From NCBI GenBank assembly GCA_963726005.1, contig CAVSAT010000004.1, positions 804,956 through 868,955 of the forward strand: a DNA stretch of 64,000 nucleotides. The letters are read 5' to 3'. Below, in pieces: positions 9,838 through 19,412 of the stretch. How positions within the stretch are numbered: position 1 is the stretch's first letter; each line of letters starts with the position of its first letter. The position numbers were made by a program, and so were the translations under genes. Source of the stretch: an uncultured Acidimicrobiaceae bacterium. GTDB lineage: Bacteria > Actinomycetota > Acidimicrobiia > Acidimicrobiales > RAAP-2. The notes beneath the pieces were generated by a model. The model did no database searches and was not told the DNA's origin. It saw only the letters and a program-made list of their open reading frames with translations.

Positions 9838-10616
9838 CAGGCGCCTTCTCCTGCGATCCCGGGGCCGCCCTGTTCGGCCGACGGCAAGGCGGCGGTGGCA
9901 TCGGCGCCGTCGCCGCCCGAACCCAGCTCGGCCTTCAGCGCCGCCAGCTCGTTGTCCACCTGCGACGTGGTACCCACCTTGTCGAGCTCCTTCTGGATGT
10001 CGTCGACGGGCTGGGTCAGGTCGTCGAGTGCGCCCGAGGCCAGGAGCTCGTCGATGGCGCCCGCGCGCGCCTGCATGCCCGCGATCTTGTCCTGGGCGCG
10101 CTGCATGGTGGCGCCGGCGTTGCGCGTGGAGTCTGAGATGCCCGACACGGCCTCGCCCACCTTGGTCTGAGCCTCCGCCGCCGTGTAGGAGGCCTTGAGC
10201 GTCTCCTTCTGCGTGCGGAAGCGCTCCACCCGGGACTGCAGCTCCTGGGAGGTCTGGACGAGCTTCTGCTCCTGCTCGGTGATCTGGTCGTGCTGGGTCT
10301 TCAGCTCGACGAGCTGCTCGCCGAGCGCGGCCCGCCGGGAGAGCGCCTCACGGGCCAGGTCCTCGTTGCCTTGCTGCAACGCCGACTTCGCCTGCCCCTG
10401 CAGCTTGTCGGCCTGCTTCTGCAGCCCCTGGGCCTGCAGCTCGATCCGCTTGCGGGCCGTGGCCACGTCGGCCACCCCCCGCCGGACCTTCTGCAGCTGC
10501 TCGAGCTGCTTCTCGTAGGAGAGGTCCAGGGTGTCCCGCGGGTCCTCCATCTTGTCCAGGGCCTTGTTGGCCTTGGACCGGAAGATGTCGAGGAATCGAC
10601 TGAACATGCCTGCCAT
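9837..10616 (-). CDS. pspA: PspA/IM30 family protein
   Basis: Begins MAGMFSRFLDIFRSKANKALDKMEDPRDTLDLSYEKQLEQLQKVR and is a long coiled-coil. This is a typical PspA/Vipp1 N-terminus. Confidence 0.9.
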   Translation of the reverse strand: MAGMFSRFLDIFRSKANKALDKMEDPRDTLDLSYEKQLEQLQKVRRGVADVATARKRIELQAQGLQKQADKLQGQAKSALQQGNEDLAREALSRRAALGEQLVELKTQHDQITEQEQKLVQTSQELQSRVERFRTQKETLKASYTAAEAQTKVGEAVSGISDSTRNAGATMQRAQDKIAGMQARAGAIDELLASGALDDLTQPVDDIQKELDKVGTTSQVDNELAALKAELGSGGDGADATAALPSAEQGGPGIAGEGA

Positions 10617-10693
10617 GGACTACGAGCATAAGGCCCAGCGGGGGCGGGGTGGCACCGGGCGGGCCAGCGCAGGCACGCCGCTAAGGTCACCCC

Positions 10694-11557
10694 GTGCCCG
10701 ATCGCCTCTGCCTCCTGTGCGTCCACGCGCACCCCGACGACGAGGCCTCCAAGGGTGCCCCGACGGTGGCCCGCTACCACGCCGAGGGCGTCCGGACGGT
10801 GCTGGTGTGCTGCACCGGCGGCGAGGAGGGCGACATCTTGAACCCGGCGATGGACACGCCCGAGGTCCGGGCGGACATCGGGCGCATCCGCATGGCCGAG
10901 CTCAAGGCGGCCACCGACATCATCGGCTACGACGAGACCGTCCTCCTCGGCTACCGCGACTCGGGCATGCCCGACTCGGAGGCCAACAAGCGGCCGGACT
11001 CCTTCGCGCAAGCCCCCCTCGACGAGGCGGTCGGTCGCCTGGTCGCCGTCATCCGCCGGGAGCGGCCCCAGGTGATCGTGACCTACGGCGACAACCAGAA
11101 CGAGTACCCGCATCCGGACCATCTGCGGGTCCACGAGATCTCCGTCGTGGCCTTCGACGCCGCCGGCGATCCGGACCGCTTCCGTGGCGCCGGACCGCCG
11201 TTCACCCCGGCCAAGCTCTACTACTCGGTGTGGTCGGGGGAGCGCTTCCGCCAGATCCACGAGAAGTACGGGGAGCTCGGTCTCACGTCACCGTTCGACG
11301 ACAAGTGGCTGGCGCGCATGACGCGCACCGAGCCCTTCACCACGACCATCGACGTCGCGGGCTTCACCGAGGTGCGGGGCGCCGCGCTGAAAGCTCATGC
11401 GACCCAGGTCGATCCCGACTCGCCGTTCTGGTTCGGCCTCCCGCCCGAGGTCATGCGCGACATCCATCCGTTCGACGAGTTCCGTCTGGCCCAGAGCCGC
11501 GTCGGCCCGACCGACGTCACCGAGAACGACCTCTTCGAGGGGGTCCGCTCCGGCTGA
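10694..11557 (+). CDS. mca: Mycothiol S-conjugate amidase (PIG-L/LmbE family)
   Basis: Contains VHAHPDDEASKG...CTGGEEGDILNP...HPDH. At 287 aa it fits Mca better than MshB. Confidence 0.75.
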   Translation: MPDRLCLLCVHAHPDDEASKGAPTVARYHAEGVRTVLVCCTGGEEGDILNPAMDTPEVRADIGRIRMAELKAATDIIGYDETVLLGYRDSGMPDSEANKRPDSFAQAPLDEAVGRLVAVIRRERPQVIVTYGDNQNEYPHPDHLRVHEISVVAFDAAGDPDRFRGAGPPFTPAKLYYSVWSGERFRQIHEKYGELGLTSPFDDKWLARMTRTEPFTTTIDVAGFTEVRGAALKAHATQVDPDSPFWFGLPPEVMRDIHPFDEFRLAQSRVGPTDVTENDLFEGVRSG

Positions 11558-11564
11558 GGCCGGA

Positions 11565-12065
11565 TCAGGCGGTGGGTCCGAGGAAGCCCCAGCTGATCAC
11601 CCCGGCGCTCTGCAACAGCACGAGCGTCACCGCGGTCGCGAGCAGGGCGAGCAATACGACCGTCGCCACGACCTTCCACGACGGGGCCGGCCTGCTCCGG
11701 GCCCGGATCCTCCGGCGCCGTTCCAGCCGTGAGGGCCCCGCCGGCGTCGCCGGGCCCGACGCGGCGGTCGTGGCCGCGCCCGCCGCCGTCCGCATCACCG
11801 CCTCGAGGTCATCGACGCTCCAGCCGGGGACGACGAGTGGTGTGGTCGCCCCGCCGCCGTGCACCGTGAGCAGCACGCCGCCGCGCCGCTCCTCTACCTC
11901 CCATTGCGACACCCGGTCCCACGGCATCAACGTGGCGGCCCGCCCCGGCCGCCTGATCTCGATGCCGTCGGTCGAGAGCGCGATGTCGAAGACCTCGGCG
12001 GGGGAGCGGCGCCGTCCCGTGAGGATCGAGACGCCCACGATGGTGGTCGCGGTCGTGGCGCGCAC
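11565..12065 (-). CDS. Hypothetical protein with C-terminal transmembrane anchor
   Basis: GTG at 12065. The globular part reads MPWDRVSQWEVEERRGGVLLTVHGGG, followed by an Ala/Pro linker and a TM helix (VVATVVLLALLATAVTLVLL). The upstream part of track ORF 11565..12536 is shadow sequence. Confidence 0.5.
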   Translation of the reverse strand: MRATTATTIVGVSILTGRRRSPAEVFDIALSTDGIEIRRPGRAATLMPWDRVSQWEVEERRGGVLLTVHGGGATTPLVVPGWSVDDLEAVMRTAAGAATTAASGPATPAGPSRLERRRRIRARSRPAPSWKVVATVVLLALLATAVTLVLLQSAGVISWGFLGPTA

Positions 12066-12076
12066 CGGGCTCGGGT

Positions 12077-12922
12077 TCAACCGCCCGCCCGCGCGAGCTC
12101 GCGCAAGGGCCGGTAGCCGATCAGGGTCGCTCCCGCCTCCTGCAGCAGCCGAGGGACCCAGTCCTCCTTGCGGATCATGTGGTGATCGTCGACCCTCGAC
12201 TTCCAGTCGTCGGTGGCCAAGGAGCGCAACTCCGCCGAGTCGACGGCCGGGTGCAAGAGGAATTCGGTGACGCCGGGCCGGAGCGTGCGCAGGTCGCGCT
12301 CGAAGGTCTGGCGGGAGCCCACCCCGGGGACGAGGCGGAAGTGATCGGTGAAGACGGCGCCGGCGTCCGCCGCCACCGCTCGGGCGGGAAAGCCGACGTA
12401 GCGCTCCATGGCCGCACTCACCATGCGCAGGGGCAGCCCGAACGCGGTCGCCAGCTCGAGGTAGACGTCGAAGAATTCGGGTCGCAGCTGCAGGGTGCCC
12501 ATGTGGGCGTCGAGGTGGCTCACGTCGAAGCCCCACAGGATGGCCCGCTCAATCTGGGCCCGGCACTCCCGGCGCACCTCGTCGAGGTCGGCGTGGTCCC
12601 AGACGTCCTCGACCGTGCGCGGGAACCCCCCGTCGCCGCCGAGCAGCGAAGGGGCGTGGGTGATGGGCCCCCAGCGGTACAGCTCGTACTCCGCGTTGAG
12701 CGTGAGGTGGACCCCGATGTCCTCGCCCCGGTAGCGGCTGCTCGCCTCCCGGGCCCACGGGCAGGGCACCATCAGTGTGGCGCTGGTGACCGTCCCCGTG
12801 GCGAGGCACTCGTAGACGCCGACGTTGGCCGAGTGGCAGGAACCCAGGTCATCGGCGTTGATGATGACCAGCTTGGCGTCGGCTCCGTAGCCGAGCCGCT
12901 GGGCCAGGTTCGGCTCAATCAT
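12077..12922 (-). CDS. ChbG/HpnK (YdjC) family carbohydrate deacetylase
   Basis: Contains [16 protein letters not shown]...HLTLN...SHLDAHMG, which are YdjC-like motifs. Confidence 0.8.
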   Translation of the reverse strand: MIEPNLAQRLGYGADAKLVIINADDLGSCHSANVGVYECLATGTVTSATLMVPCPWAREASSRYRGEDIGVHLTLNAEYELYRWGPITHAPSLLGGDGGFPRTVEDVWDHADLDEVRRECRAQIERAILWGFDVSHLDAHMGTLQLRPEFFDVYLELATAFGLPLRMVSAAMERYVGFPARAVAADAGAVFTDHFRLVPGVGSRQTFERDLRTLRPGVTEFLLHPAVDSAELRSLATDDWKSRVDDHHMIRKEDWVPRLLQEAGATLIGYRPLRELARAGG

Positions 12923-13421
12923 GCTCCGTCGCTCCTCCGGACACGTCGGCGTCCTGGCCCCGGGCCTCCGACGCGATCTCCTCTTGGAATGCCGCCATTC
13001 TCACCGTGAGGTCCGGGTCGCCCACGGCCAGGATGCGCACGGCGAGGAGCCCAGCGTTGCGGGCCCCGTTCACCGCCATCGTCGCCACCGGCACCCCCTT
13101 GGGCATCTGCACGATCGACAGCAGGCTGTCGAGGCCGTCGAGGTTCGACAGGGCGACCGGCACGCCGATGACCGGGAGTGTGGTGACCGAGGCGAGCATC
13201 CCGGGCAGGTGGGCGGCCCCGCCCGCGCCGGCGATCAGGACCCGCAGGCCGCGGCCCGCCGCCTCTTGACCGAAGGCGATCATGTCGCGCGGCGTCCGGT
13301 GCGCCGACACCACGCGCACCTCGTGGGGCACGACGAAGCGCTCGAGCAGCTCGGCGGCGCCTCGCATCACCGGGAGGTCCGACGAGCTCCCCATCACGAC
13401 CGCCACGACGGGAGCGGTCAC
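12915..13421 (-). CDS. purE: N5-carboxyaminoimidazole ribonucleotide mutase
   Basis: Contains [14 protein letters not shown]...SAHRTP...AGGAAHLPG. The GTG at 13421 overlaps the purK stop (GTGA). Confidence 0.9.
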   Translation of the reverse strand: MTAPVVAVVMGSSSDLPVMRGAAELLERFVVPHEVRVVSAHRTPRDMIAFGQEAAGRGLRVLIAGAGGAAHLPGMLASVTTLPVIGVPVALSNLDGLDSLLSIVQMPKGVPVATMAVNGARNAGLLAVRILAVGDPDLTVRMAAFQEEIASEARGQDADVSGGATEHD

Positions 13422-14545
13422 GGGGATACCCCATGGGGCAGCTCGATCTCGTCGGGCACCGGGGTCCCGAGGGCGATCGCGGCCGACCACGCCTGGGACC
13501 GCACGACGTCGGCCTCGTCGCCGCACACCGTCACGTGCCCCAGCTTGCGTCCCGGCCGGGCGGCCTTCCCGTAGAGGTGGACGTGCGCACCCTCCACGGC
13601 GAGCCCACGCGCGAGCAGGTGGGCCGGATCGGTGCCCGCCGGGCCCCCGAAGACGTTCACGCTGGCCACCTGCGGGTGCAGCGGGGCTGTCGACCCGAGC
13701 GGCAGGTCCAGCACGGCGCGCACGTGGTTCTCGAACTGGGAGGCGACGGCACCCTCAATGGTCCAATGTCCCGAGTTGTGGGGCCGGGTCGCGAGCTCGT
13801 TGACGAGGAGCCGGCCCTGCGACGAGAACAGCTCGACGGCCATCACGCCGACCGCACCCGCGATCTCGGCCACCTTCTGTCCCAGGGCGGCGGCCGCGTC
13901 CACGACCTCGGGGGCCAGCCGCCCGGGGACGAGGACCTCGCGGCAGACCCCGGCCACCTGCGCCGTCTCGACGGCGGGCCAGGCCGAGGAGGCGCCCGAT
14001 GGGCTGCGGACCACCATGACGGCGAGCTCGGCGTCAATGGGCACGAGCTCCTCCACCACAGCGCGGCCCGAGACCTGCGCCAGGACCGCCTCGGCCTCGG
14101 TGCGGTCGCGGACCGGCCACACAGCCCTGCCGTCGTAGCCCCCGCGGGCCGCCTTCAGCACGACCGGCCAGCCGTGGGTGGCGGCGAAGGCCGCGACCGT
14201 CTCGGACGCGTCCGGCCCGCTGTCCACCACGGCGTAGCTCGGGACGGGCACGCCGGCAGCGTCGAGCACGGTGCGCATGCGGGCCTTGTCCACTGCGAGC
14301 TCCAACGCGTCGGCGCCGGGCCGCAGCATCGCACCGCCGGCCGCCAGCGCGGCCACGATGTCGAGGTCGACCTGCTCGTGATCGAACGTGACGACGCCAC
14401 AGCGCTGGGCGAACGCTCCGAACTCCTCGAAGACGAAGGGCGACCCCACCATCACCTCGGCGGCCACCGCGCAGGCTGCGTCATCGGCGCGTTCGGCCAG
14501 TACGGCCATGGAGAGGCCGAGGGCGCTGGCCGCCTCGCCCGCCAT
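13418..14545 (-). CDS. purK: N5-carboxyaminoimidazole ribonucleotide synthase
   Basis: ATP-grasp PurK-like sequence. The first ATG is at 14545, but the dinucleotide-binding loop [12 protein letters not shown] lies in frame upstream of it, so the true start is probably near 14593 (see finding). Confidence 0.85.
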   Translation of the reverse strand: MAGEAASALGLSMAVLAERADDAACAVAAEVMVGSPFVFEEFGAFAQRCGVVTFDHEQVDLDIVAALAAGGAMLRPGADALELAVDKARMRTVLDAAGVPVPSYAVVDSGPDASETVAAFAATHGWPVVLKAARGGYDGRAVWPVRDRTEAEAVLAQVSGRAVVEELVPIDAELAVMVVRSPSGASSAWPAVETAQVAGVCREVLVPGRLAPEVVDAAAALGQKVAEIAGAVGVMAVELFSSQGRLLVNELATRPHNSGHWTIEGAVASQFENHVRAVLDLPLGSTAPLHPQVASVNVFGGPAGTDPAHLLARGLAVEGAHVHLYGKAARPGRKLGHVTVCGDEADVVRSQAWSAAIALGTPVPDEIELPHGVSP

Positions 14546-14673
14546 GCGGGCCAGCTGGCCCGCCCCGACGAACCCGACGTCGTGGGTCTTCAGCTCACTC
14601 GCCCCCGTCCGGGGATTCGCCTAGACAGAGGGGCGGACACACTGGGCAGACTACGCGAGGGAGAACCGGGGAC

Positions 14674-15594
14674 ATGGCAAAAGCACTGCGTATCGGGAGC
14701 ATGATCGACGTCGACAGGTCGTTGCCCGACACCGTGGCCCAGCTCGAGCGGTACAGGGAGGCCGGTTTCACCCACGCGTTTGCGTCCCAGATCTTCGGCC
14801 CCGACGCCCTCACCCTGCTCGCCGCGGCCGGCGCGCAGGTGCCCGGGATCGACCTGGGCACCGGCGTGGTGCCCGTGCACCCGCGTCACCCGATGATGCT
14901 TGCCGCGCAGGCCCTCACGGTGCAGTGGGCCACCGGCAACCGGCTTCTGCTCGGGATCGGGCTGTCGCACCAGGTGGTGGTGGAGGGCATCTGGGGCATG
15001 AGCTTCGACAGGCCGGCCCGCTACATGAAGGAGTACCTCAGCTCGCTGATGCCACTGCTGCGGGGCGAGGTGGTCAACAGCACCGGCGAGCGCGTCACCA
15101 CCAACGCCTTCCTGCCCATCGAGATCCCGGGCGTCGAGGCACCGCCCGTTCTCGTCGCCGCCCTGGGCCCCGCCATGCTCAAGCTGGCGGGCACGGTCGC
15201 CGACGGCACCGTGACCTGGATGACGGGCACCGGGACCATCGGAAGCCACATCGCGCCGACGATCACCGCCGCGGCGCGGGCGGCGGGCCGGCCGGCCCCC
15301 CGGGTCGTCGTGTCCCTGCCGGTCGCCGTGACCAACGACCCCGAGGCGGCCCGGGAGCGGATCAACGCGGCGCTCTCGATCTACCCGAACCTGCCCTCCT
15401 ACAAGGCCATGCTCGACAAGGAAGGTGCCGCGAGCCCAGCTGACATCGCGTTCATCGGCGACGAGGAGGCCGTCGCCGGTGCTGTCGCCACGCTGGCCGA
15501 GGCCGGAGCGACCGACTTCGTGGCGGCGATCGTGGGTGACGCGGCGGAACGGGCGCGCGGCTTCTCGTTGCTCGGCGAGCTCGCCCGCCCCTAG
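14674..15594 (+). CDS. Luciferase-like (LLM class) F420-dependent oxidoreductase
   Basis: 306 aa. The LLLGIGLSHQVVVE and ALGPAMLKLAGTVADG blocks are typical of the LLM family. Confidence 0.8.
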   Translation: MAKALRIGSMIDVDRSLPDTVAQLERYREAGFTHAFASQIFGPDALTLLAAAGAQVPGIDLGTGVVPVHPRHPMMLAAQALTVQWATGNRLLLGIGLSHQVVVEGIWGMSFDRPARYMKEYLSSLMPLLRGEVVNSTGERVTTNAFLPIEIPGVEAPPVLVAALGPAMLKLAGTVADGTVTWMTGTGTIGSHIAPTITAAARAAGRPAPRVVVSLPVAVTNDPEAARERINAALSIYPNLPSYKAMLDKEGAASPADIAFIGDEEAVAGAVATLAEAGATDFVAAIVGDAAERARGFSLLGELARP

Positions 15595-15632
15595 GCCCGA
15601 TCCCTTCGAGCGCGCAGACGGGGCGCCCGGGC

Positions 15633-16232
15633 TCAGCGTGACAGCGTCGTGTACTTGAACTCGTTCAGGTCGGGCTGGGCCTCGAAGAGCTCGAGCACGC
15701 CCTCAATCGTCCGGCGCGCCAGCGCGGCGTCGCCCTGTGGCCGGCTCATCAGGCGCACGAACACGGCGCGGTCGCCCACCACGAACGTGGGCACGCCGAA
15801 CACCTTCCACTTGGCCACCGACTCCTCGTGGGCGCGCCGCAGTTCCTTGACGACCTGGTCCGCCCCGGCCTCGTCCACCACCGTGTCGCCCGGCACGCCG
15901 GCCGTGTCGAGCACGCGCGCCACCACATCGGGCTGGCGGAGGTCGAGCCCCTCGTCGTGACGGGCGGCAAAGAGGGCGACGTGCGCGTCGAGGAATCGAT
16001 CGGGGTACTGGTCGCGGACCACGACGCCAGCGGCCAGAGCCAGGAGGTCCTTCGCCTTGGCGGGGTCGTCCCACACGGGCGTTCCGCCCTCCGGGACGTG
16101 GACCTGGCCCAACGAGAAGGGCAGGAACGTCACGTCCCAGTCCGCACCGTCCGCCAGCGCCAGGGCGAGGTGCTCATGCGCATTGCGGGCGAAGGGGCAG
16201 CGGTAGTCCCAGTTGACGAAGTACGGCATCAT
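15633..16232 (-). CDS. DsbA-like thioredoxin-fold protein
   Basis: 199 aa with an N-terminal WDYRCPFA (single-Cys CPxx site) and C-terminal VFGVPTFVV, typical of the DsbA/HCCA-isomerase fold. Confidence 0.7.
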   Translation of the reverse strand: MMPYFVNWDYRCPFARNAHEHLALALADGADWDVTFLPFSLGQVHVPEGGTPVWDDPAKAKDLLALAAGVVVRDQYPDRFLDAHVALFAARHDEGLDLRQPDVVARVLDTAGVPGDTVVDEAGADQVVKELRRAHEESVAKWKVFGVPTFVVGDRAVFVRLMSRPQGDAALARRTIEGVLELFEAQPDLNEFKYTTLSR

Positions 16233-16843
16233 AATTCGTGCAACACGACGCCACCCTCGCCCATTCCCCCGCCACTGCGGCGGCCAGGCCTCTTGCTGCG
16301 GCGACCAGGCCTCTTGCTGCGGCGCCCCCGGCTTCCGGGTGTGACGACGTCGACGATGGGACGCAGACCCAGCCCGAGGACCGACCCGATCACGGCGCCT
16401 CCGGCCACGTCGGTCGGATGGTGGGCGCGCAGGTGGACGCGGCTGGCGGCGACGGCCGACGCAAAGGCGATGTTGACGGCCGTCCCGGTGTCGGAGTCCC
16501 CCAAGACGAATGCCGTGCAGAAGGCGGCGAGCGTGTGGCCACTCGGGAAGCTGCTGCTCGTGGGCGTGCGCACGGCGGCCGCGAGATGCTCGTCCGGGCG
16601 CTGCCGCTCGACCGCCGCCTTGACCATCTGGCTCACGATGAGTGACGAGAAGCCCGCGACACCGAGCGCCACGACGGCGCGGCGTCGGTCCGGCCCGCGC
16701 CGGCGCGCCTTGAGGCCGGCCAGCAGCACCCAGATGACGCCGTAGTCGGCCAGGTTGGAGACGACGGACGCCGCGTGATCGACCGCCGGATGCCCCCGCA
16801 GAGGCTCGAAGGCGGCGTCGACCGCCTCGTCGAGGGTGCTCAC
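16229..16843 (-). CDS. PAP2-family phosphatase (membrane) with basic repeat tail
   Basis: GTG at 16843. PAP2 motifs are KAAVERQRP, PSGH and SRVHLRAHHPTD. The tail RRSKRPGRRSKRPGRRSGGG is encoded by a 2x21-bp tandem repeat. The stop overlaps the downstream DsbA-like start region. Confidence 0.8.
   Translation of the reverse strand: MSTLDEAVDAAFEPLRGHPAVDHAASVVSNLADYGVIWVLLAGLKARRRGPDRRRAVVALGVAGFSSLIVSQMVKAAVERQRPDEHLAAAVRTPTSSSFPSGHTLAAFCTAFVLGDSDTGTAVNIAFASAVAASRVHLRAHHPTDVAGGAVIGSVLGLGLRPIVDVVTPGSRGRRSKRPGRRSKRPGRRSGGGMGEGGVVLHEL
16281..16322. repeat. 2 x 21-bp tandem repeat (cggccaggcctcttgctgcgg / cgaccaggcctcttgctgcgg)
   Basis: Read directly from the sequence, with one mismatch between the copies. 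It lies inside the 3' end of the PAP2 CDS. Confidence 0.9.
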
Positions 16844-16853
16844 GTGGGTCCGG

Positions 16854-17657
16854 TCACGCGGCGAACGCGGGGCAGGAATCCTTGAAGTGGCAGTAGTCGC
16901 ACAATGGCCCCACGTGCGGCCGGAAGTCCTCGGCGTCGCAGGCCCGCTCAATCGCCGTCCACACGGCGACCGCGCGCTTGCGCTGGCCGCGGATGGTCTG
17001 CTCGGACGCCACCGTCGAGATGGCCACCGGCTGGCGCAGGTACAGGAGCCGGACCTCCGACGGGGCGCGGCCGAGCACGCTCTCGCACAGCAGCGCGTAG
17101 GTCTGCACCCCGCCCATGCCGCCGCGCTCGAACCGCTCCGACGGTGCCCGCCCGGTCTTGTAGTCCACGACGATGAGGCTCCCGTCGGGCGCGAGGTCGA
17201 GGCGGTCGATGATGCCGCGCAGGCGCATTCCGTCGACCATCGTCTCGACGCCGAGCTCCACCCCGATCGGGTGCCTCCGGTCGGGATCCTCCAGGCAGAA
17301 GTAGTTGTCGACGAGCGTGCGCGCGTCCGCAAGGAACGACTCGGCCGCGTCCGCGTCGAGCTCGAGCTGCACGAACTCGTCGTCGTCCTGCAGCGCGCCC
17401 CAGGCCCGTTGCAGTTCGGCTCCCGCCGCGGCCGGGGAGCGGTCCCCGGCGCGGTGGTGCCAGAAGAGGCCCTCGAGGGCCGCGTGCACCAGCGTGCCCT
17501 TCACCGAGTGGGGGGAGGGTGGCTCCGGCCGCCGCTCGATCTGAGTGAACCGGAAGGCGAGCGGGCAGTTGGTGAAGGCGGTCACCTTCGACGGCGTCAG
17601 GGTGCGTGGGAGAGCGAGCGCCACGCCCGTCAGGATACGGTCTGGCACGGCCGCCAC
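16854..17657 (-). CDS. PD-(D/E)XK RecB-family/Cas4-like nuclease with Fe-S cysteine cluster
   Basis: Contains GIIDRLD...VVDYKTG (the D...D/ExK core), plus one N-terminal Cys (FTNCPLAF) and a C-terminal CDYCHFKDSC (CX2CX5C). Confidence 0.8.
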   Translation of the reverse strand: MAAVPDRILTGVALALPRTLTPSKVTAFTNCPLAFRFTQIERRPEPPSPHSVKGTLVHAALEGLFWHHRAGDRSPAAAGAELQRAWGALQDDDEFVQLELDADAAESFLADARTLVDNYFCLEDPDRRHPIGVELGVETMVDGMRLRGIIDRLDLAPDGSLIVVDYKTGRAPSERFERGGMGGVQTYALLCESVLGRAPSEVRLLYLRQPVAISTVASEQTIRGQRKRAVAVWTAIERACDAEDFRPHVGPLCDYCHFKDSCPAFAA

Positions 17658-17736
17658 GGCTCATGCCTGCGAGCGGGTAGAAAGAGACCGATGCGCGCTC
17701 GCGCCCGGTTCCTCTGCGCCCCTGCTGGCGGTCGCC

Positions 17737-18006
17737 GTGGCTGACCTCAGTCGCAGTACCCGCTGGGCCGGGTTGCGGCCCGGCGACCCGGTGCAGGTCG
17801 ACGGGACCCGGCTGCGCGGCGCCTCGTGGCACTTCGTGGCGCACGTGACCAACCGTGAGACCGGTGAGACCTGGGTCGAGGTCGTGGGCGGGCGCACCGG
17901 AGACCGCTCGGTGCGCTCGTTTCGCCCTGACCAGCTGTACGCCCCCACCGCCCGTCCCGGCCACGACCTGTCGCTGGCGGACGCCCCCGGGCTCCCCCTC
18001 GGCTGA
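17737..18006 (+). CDS. Small hypothetical protein
   Basis: GTG 17737. GDPVQVDGTRLRGASWHFVAHVTNRETGETWVEVVGG looks like a small beta-barrel domain. The start is uncertain. Confidence 0.4.
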   Translation: MADLSRSTRWAGLRPGDPVQVDGTRLRGASWHFVAHVTNRETGETWVEVVGGRTGDRSVRSFRPDQLYAPTARPGHDLSLADAPGLPLG

Positions 18007-18026
18007 CCGGCTGACCGGCCACGTCG

Positions 18027-18581
18027 ATGCGCCGTCCCCTCGTTCCCGTCCTGACGACCGCCCGGCTGGTCCTGCGGCCCTTCAGCCCGGCCGACCTCGA
18101 CGAGCTTGCCGTCATCCACGCCGAGGAATCGTTCTGGTGGTATCCGCGGCGGCGGGGCATGACCGTGGCGGAGACGGCCGACTTCCTGTTGCGGATGCTC
18201 GAGCGCTACGAGAGCGACGGCTTCGGGATCGAGGCGCTGATCGACCGGGCCAGTGGGGCGATGATCGGCTGGGCGGGCCTCGCCGTGCCGCACTTCCTGC
18301 CACAGATCCTCCCGGCCGTCGAGGTCGGGTGGCGCCTGGCGGGCCCCTTCCGCGGGCGCGGCCTGGCCACCGAGGCCGGGTCCGCCGCGCTCGAATTCGG
18401 GTTCACCACCGGAGGCCTCGAGCGCATCGTGAGCATCTACGAGCCGGACAACGTCGCGTCGGGACGGGTCATGGAACGGCTGGGTTTCGTGCCCTGGCTC
18501 ACGACGACTGGGCCCCGCGGCTTTGAGGTCGCGGTCACCGAGCTGACACGGGAGCGCTGGGAGGCCGGGAGCCATGGGTGA
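18027..18581 (+). CDS. GNAT N-acetyltransferase (RimJ/RimL-like)
   Basis: LTTARLVLRPFSPADLDEL and the RGRGLATEA acetyl-CoA loop are present. Confidence 0.85.
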   Translation: MRRPLVPVLTTARLVLRPFSPADLDELAVIHAEESFWWYPRRRGMTVAETADFLLRMLERYESDGFGIEALIDRASGAMIGWAGLAVPHFLPQILPAVEVGWRLAGPFRGRGLATEAGSAALEFGFTTGGLERIVSIYEPDNVASGRVMERLGFVPWLTTTGPRGFEVAVTELTRERWEAGSHG

Positions 18582-19398
18582 CGTCGAGGCGGACACGACG
18601 CCCGAGCACGTGGGGAACGGCCGCTATCGGGCGCAGGTGCACGGAGACTGGGAGATCTGGGGCCCGTGTGGCGGGTATGTGGCCGCCATCGCGCTCCGGG
18701 CCGCCGGGGCCGAGAGCCCCTTTGCCCGTCCCGCCAGCTTCTTCTGTCACTACCTTTCGGTGGCCGCCTTCGCGCCGGTCGACCTGGTGGTCTCCCCGTT
18801 GCGCGCCGGCCGCACGGTGCTGGCCCAGCGGGTCGAGATGAGCCAGGAGGGCCGGCTGGTGCTCCACGCCATGGTGTGGTCTGTGGGCGACGTCCAGGGG
18901 CTCGAGCACGACGACGTGAACCCGCCGGACGTGCCCGACCCCGACGCGCTGCCGACGCGCGCGAAGTTGTGGCCCGGCGAGGACCGGCCCACGTTCCCGT
19001 TCTGGGAGAACTTCGATCAGCGCATGATCGAGTGGTCGGACAGTTGGCCGCCGCCCGGCCCGCTCCCGCCGACATGGAGGACGTGGGTGCGCTGCACGCC
19101 GAGGGCGACGTTCGACGATCCGTGGGTGGACGCCGCGCGCTCGCTCATCGTCCTCGACGTCGGGAGCTGGCCCGCCGGGTCGCGCCCCCACGCGTACCTC
19201 GAGCCGCCCTACATCGCGCCGAGCCTCGACCTCTATGCATCCTTCCAGCACCCAGGCGGGCCGTCGGAGTGGCTCCTCCTCGACGCGCACTCGCCGGTTG
19301 CGCAGGGGGGCCTGCTGTCATGGACGGGACGCGTCTGGTCGAGGGACCGCCGGATGATCGCGAGCGGCGGCGGCCAGGCGGTGTTCCGGCACACGTAG
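18574..19398 (+). CDS. Acyl-CoA thioesterase (TesB-like double hot-dog)
   Basis: 274 aa. GGYVAAIALRAA and a second half ending SGGGQAVF are typical of thioesterase II-like proteins. It has an 8-nt overlap with the GNAT. Confidence 0.7.
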   Translation: MGDVEADTTPEHVGNGRYRAQVHGDWEIWGPCGGYVAAIALRAAGAESPFARPASFFCHYLSVAAFAPVDLVVSPLRAGRTVLAQRVEMSQEGRLVLHAMVWSVGDVQGLEHDDVNPPDVPDPDALPTRAKLWPGEDRPTFPFWENFDQRMIEWSDSWPPPGPLPPTWRTWVRCTPRATFDDPWVDAARSLIVLDVGSWPAGSRPHAYLEPPYIAPSLDLYASFQHPGGPSEWLLLDAHSPVAQGGLLSWTGRVWSRDRRMIASGGGQAVFRHT

Positions 19399-19412
19399 CC
19401 GCGCCTGGGTTC

